A stretch of 64,000 bases of DNA from Azolla caroliniana. Lineage: Eukaryota > Plantae > Polypodiophyta. The notes under the pieces were generated by a model that was not told where the DNA came from, made no database searches, and saw nothing but the letters and a program-made list of their open reading frames with translations. Made by a program: the position numbers and the translations under genes. The stretch lies in the NCBI GenBank assembly GCA_043228905.1, contig JBHGNT010000007.1:9300001-9364000 (forward strand), written 5' to 3'. Shown here in pieces: positions 59,705-64,000 of the stretch. Numbering within the stretch: the stretch's first letter is position 1; each line of letters starts with the position of its first letter.

Positions 59705-62700
59705 TGTCGTGTGATTTTTTACATTCAATAAGAAAAGTATGAAATAATTATTTTAGGTTAGCTTAAATGGATTAGTACGAAAGATGGATGTCTTCAAGAG
59801 CTTCATAACACATTTTACTTCACATGAAACGGATAAACAATTATCAAGTTATGTGAGTATGAAGTTTGAGAAGATTGAGAAAAACAAAACTATGAGATAT
59901 CCCACATAGATAGGACAACATTGGATCCTATATTATATAAGGAGAGCCAGAACCTATTACTTTATGTTTATGTGTGATGCATATAATGTTCAAGGTGACT
60001 TGGGCTAAATTGTGTGGATAAATGGTTCAAATGATTTTGTCTCACGGCGTGTGGCCCGGTCGGGACGTGCGCGCGCGTACATGGCGCGTGTGTGCGGATG
60101 CGCGTGCGGATGCGTACACGGCACAGTCGGGATGCGTGTGTGCGCGGATGCATACATGGAGCGCGCACGCGGATGCATACACGGCACGATCAGGACACGT
60201 GTGTGTGCGGATGCGTACAGGGCGCAATCGAGACGCGCGCGTGCGCGGATACACTACGTCGTCGCAACTTGCGTGCATGGACGTGTCTATGGTTTGGTTG
60301 TGATGCACATACGGATTACGCACAGGCTGAACTTTATGGATGATTGTGGATCCTGTGGCCGAATTATACGAACAGTCACATGCAACTAAAAGTAAAAGTC
60401 AAGCAACTAAAAAAGGAGGCCATGCAACTAAAAGTAAAGGTGAAGCAACTAAAAAAGGAGGCCATGCAACTAAAAATAAAGGCCAAACAACTAAAAATAA
60501 AGGCCATGCAACTAAAAGGGGACGCATGCAAAGGAACATGGGAAGCTATGATCAACAAGGAACTCCGTATATGTGCCACTTTTTTCTCTAGTTTTCTTTT
60601 CCCCATTCTCTTCTTCTCTCTCCCATTCCTTGGGGAAGAATAATCTCTCATATTCATATCAAACCACTCCTTACATGGTTGTTGGCTCCTTTCTTTCAAG
60701 AATGATCTTTCATATTCATATCCAATCCGTTATAACATGATTCTAGAATTATAAAGAATCTACTTTCTTTTGCAAGAAATGAACGTTTTCTCCCTCCTAC
60801 TTGTCTTATGCTCAAATATTGCTTGTGTTGTACGGGTGAGCACTAATTCCTTCCAGTCCATAACCCCGGCGGTTCTGCCACACGATCCGCTCATAGTGAC
60901 AAATTATCACAACATAATTAAGTGGTGAACCTAACGTGAAGAGGCGGTAGAGAGGATATCAAGTGCGACGATGGCTTCAACAACCGGAACTCAAGGAGAG
61001 GAATTAACAAAAGGCATGGTGTCTGTCGTGGAATACATGCTGAAAGTGAGAGATCGAGAGGCTTTAATCGACAAAGTTGTTGATCGAACAATCGAGATAG
61101 TTGGACGATTTGGTGCCAAGAACATCACAGATTTCCTTGCTACCTATGAGAACGAGATGCAGCAGAGGGATGTCAACGATCTCAAACAAATTTCTAGCTT
61201 CAAACATGTGGTGGAACCAGGGATCTGCGAGTGCGTCATGGAGATCCAAAACAAGCACACAACTTGGGCGGAGTTCGAAAAGGCTCTTCTCGTTGAATAC
61301 ATGCTTGAGACTCTTCGTGGATGACTCGGCATACGCTAATGATTAGGATCGATAAGAAAGGGAAGAATCTGTGTGCGTTGGGAGTATATGCGAAATTCGA
61401 CCAGAAGTACAACCGACTTTCGAGTGTTGATCAACGAGTTCTCAATGGAGATAAAGTCCTGCTATTTCTAAAGGAGGTGGATACGAAAGACCGATGAGAA
61501 TTGGGCAGCTTTTTGGAGGATGAAACGCAACCAAATGGCTTGGTAGTGAACTGGGCGGCGGTGAAGAAAGCTTGTAGCTGTCTTGATAAGCGTCGACAAT
61601 GGAAACAGGAAACTAATATGGAGAATCCACAATCGTGGAGAAGGAAGGCACATGTGACGGTCGAGCCTAACAAACCAATCAACAATTTTGACAAGAAAGC
61701 GATGGAGGACTCTATAATCAAAGAGCTCTCCAAGAAGTTTGAAGCGGTATCATTGGCCAACTTAGGTCGACGTGGGCCCAAGGGAAAAGAACCGTATAGA
61801 TGTGTGTGGTGCGACGGCTTCGAGCACTCGCGAAGGGAGTGCACTAACTTGCAAGACGTGATTCGCAAGAATGTTGTCTATTTGGACGGCAACATGATTG
61901 ATTCAAGCGAGACCCGGAAGCCACTATGAGTGAACTTCGGAAGAGGCGAGCTGAAAAAGATCACGGAGGAGGAAGACGCAAAGCATGTGGAAGCTATGCA
62001 CTATGCCGCATCGACCGAGATACGAGTTGGAAGAGAGAATCTAAAGACGATCAAGCCGGGAGCTGGGTTTTGGCCGACAGTCTTCGAGTGTGAAAAGAAA
62101 GGAAAAATTGATTTGGAGGATTTAAAACTTGCTAATCGAAATGTGCGACGAGTTACCGGATGGTCAGATCCAATCAACAATAACACAAGCTTTGCGGAGG
62201 TTGTGTGTGACAACTATGAAGCTCTTGTCGAAGAGAAGAGGAAAAGAACTAGTGAAGAAGATGGCACATCAAAGCTTCACAATACGAGGAACACAGGAAA
62301 AGAAGGGCAAGCCCAACCTACGCCACAAGAAGAGATAGGAGAAACAAGCATGAAGCCCGGTGGATCAAGCCAACCTTCTCGGATGGAAGTCGATGAATCT
62401 GTGAAGAAAGGAAAAGAACGAGCGGCGCCGACTTACAAGCTAAGGTCGGACATAGAACAAACAACTGACTTGCGGAAGGTTCTTGAAGAGAAGGTTTTAG
62501 ACAGTCATGTCGACCTTACTTTGAGAGAACTGCTTGGGATCGCTAAGAAGGAGTTCCATGATAATATCGTGGACCTAATTAAGCGGAAGCGGCAACAATT
62601 AGATGAAGAGGAGGTGAAAACAACTGCCATAACCATGGCAAGATCGGAAGAGGAGGAAGAAGAAGAAGTAATGGCAGACAGCCATTACTCTCGGCCTCAT

Positions 62701-64000
62701 TGGGCAAGAGTGACAATGGAGACGCCGATGAAGATTGGGGAGAAGAAAGAGACCGTGGTAGCCTTGATTGACCATGGTTCGGAGATCAACCTCATGTCGA
62801 CCGAGTTCTACAAGAATGGAAGATGGCCGATTAATACAAACCAAGGATGGAAGGTTTGAGCGGCAACAAAGACCACAGAGGACTTGTACGGAGCTTGTCA
62901 CGATCGAGGATGTGGAGATGGATCAACATTTTTTCTTGAAAGACTCGGCTTCGCATCCTGTCATCCTAGGACAACCGTATATCGCATCATCTCGGATGGA
63001 GACCAAGGTGTTCGATAATGGAGCAGCCTTCGCGTGAGTCAAGAGCCTTGACAGTCAAAGATCTGTTCAATTCCTGATGGTGCGGGTTAACCATGAAAGG
63101 AACCAAGATAGCCTTGGAGGCGAATCCTCGGATTTTTAGAGCGGACTATTGAAGCATGGGGCACAAATAGTTCAAGCAATCATAAGTCCCTACAAGGAAA
63201 CAGAGTACGTGGATTGCAAGGAGAAGCAACATGCGTCACACCTAGCGGCGCATGTAAACTAACACTACTCAACAAGAAGTGCAACCGTCAAATACAAGAC
63301 TTCGAGAAGGTGCTGAAAGAAGAAAGCATAATCGAAGAAGACGAATTCGTGTCTCCTATTCTGGAGGAAGCCTCATTTAACGACACCATCGACGAAATCG
63401 AGGAAGTCGTGGACTTGAGCTATCCTCGCGATCAACATGTGATTTCGGTTAACTCCGTCAACATGTACGCTATCATCGATGAATATCATCGAGGCATCTT
63501 GATGGAGGAAGCCGAAGTCAACACAAAATATAAAACGGTGGATGGGAAGATCAAACCAGTTGCAGTTCCGCTACCGGAAGATAGCTAGCAAAAGATGAAG
63601 GAAATTGCAAAAGGTCCAAGCTTAAGGAATCCAAAGACAATAGGTCACGTCTTCACTGAAGAGACGAAGGGAAAGCTACGAGATGGAAGGGAGGATTTCC
63701 TCCTTCCTGAAGAGGAGCGAATGTTCCGCGGAATGCTTAAAAGACATGGGAAGGCTTTCACATTTTTCCCACAAGAAATCGGATGTGCTGACCCAAGGAA
63801 GGTAGAACCGATGGTGATCTTCATGGTGCCGCATGTGCCTTGGAATTTGAAACCGATACCAGTTCCGAGAGCACACCTACCGAAGTTGATCGAGTTCTTA
63901 AAGGAGAAGGTGAATATGGGAATTTTGGAACCGTCGAACGCTCCTTATTCTAATAGGTGGTTCACAGTGTCGAAGAAGAATGGATTGTTGTGATTCATCC
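59705..64000 (+). mobile_element. Trp-primed Gypsy element: 5' LTR (59705-60914), PBS and degenerate gag-protease / RT start, running off the window
   Basis: LTR TGTCGTG...CACAACA with PBS TGGTGAACCTAACGTGAA at 60923-60940. Gag starts at 60971. Knuckle CVWCDGFEHSRREC, protease ALIDHGSEINLM and RT start PIPVP...GILEPSNAPYSNRWFTVSKKNG. Confidence 0.9.

Overview
Land-plant nuclear DNA, most likely a fern. This is inferred from the long-L (LL-type) motifs in a PLS-class PPR protein and from tRNA-Trp-primed, fungal-like Gypsy elements. Most of the window is nested retroelements: two Copia families, a Trp-primed Gypsy group, Arg-primed LTR elements, a chromovirus fragment, a full-length but disrupted L1-like LINE, solo LTRs and two hAT-like MITEs. 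Three host genes have intact single-exon CDSs: a PLS-E PPR protein (20144-23029, -), a VFB/SKIP2-like F-box/LRR protein (48874-50517, +) and an ARM-repeat protein (52737-54275, -). The most unusual structure is a TSD-bounded composite LTR element at 37195-42150, inside the LINE. It carries a long antisense coiled-coil ORF right behind its PBS and contains a circularly permuted second LTR element, resembling a captured 1-LTR circle. Also notable are a duplicated polypurine tract in a Copia family, a -1 frameshift site after the protease in the Trp-primed Gypsy, and an unrecognised globular domain at the end of LINE ORF1. All calls come from reading the sequence by eye; no searches were run, and tRNA and family assignments rest on recalled sequences.
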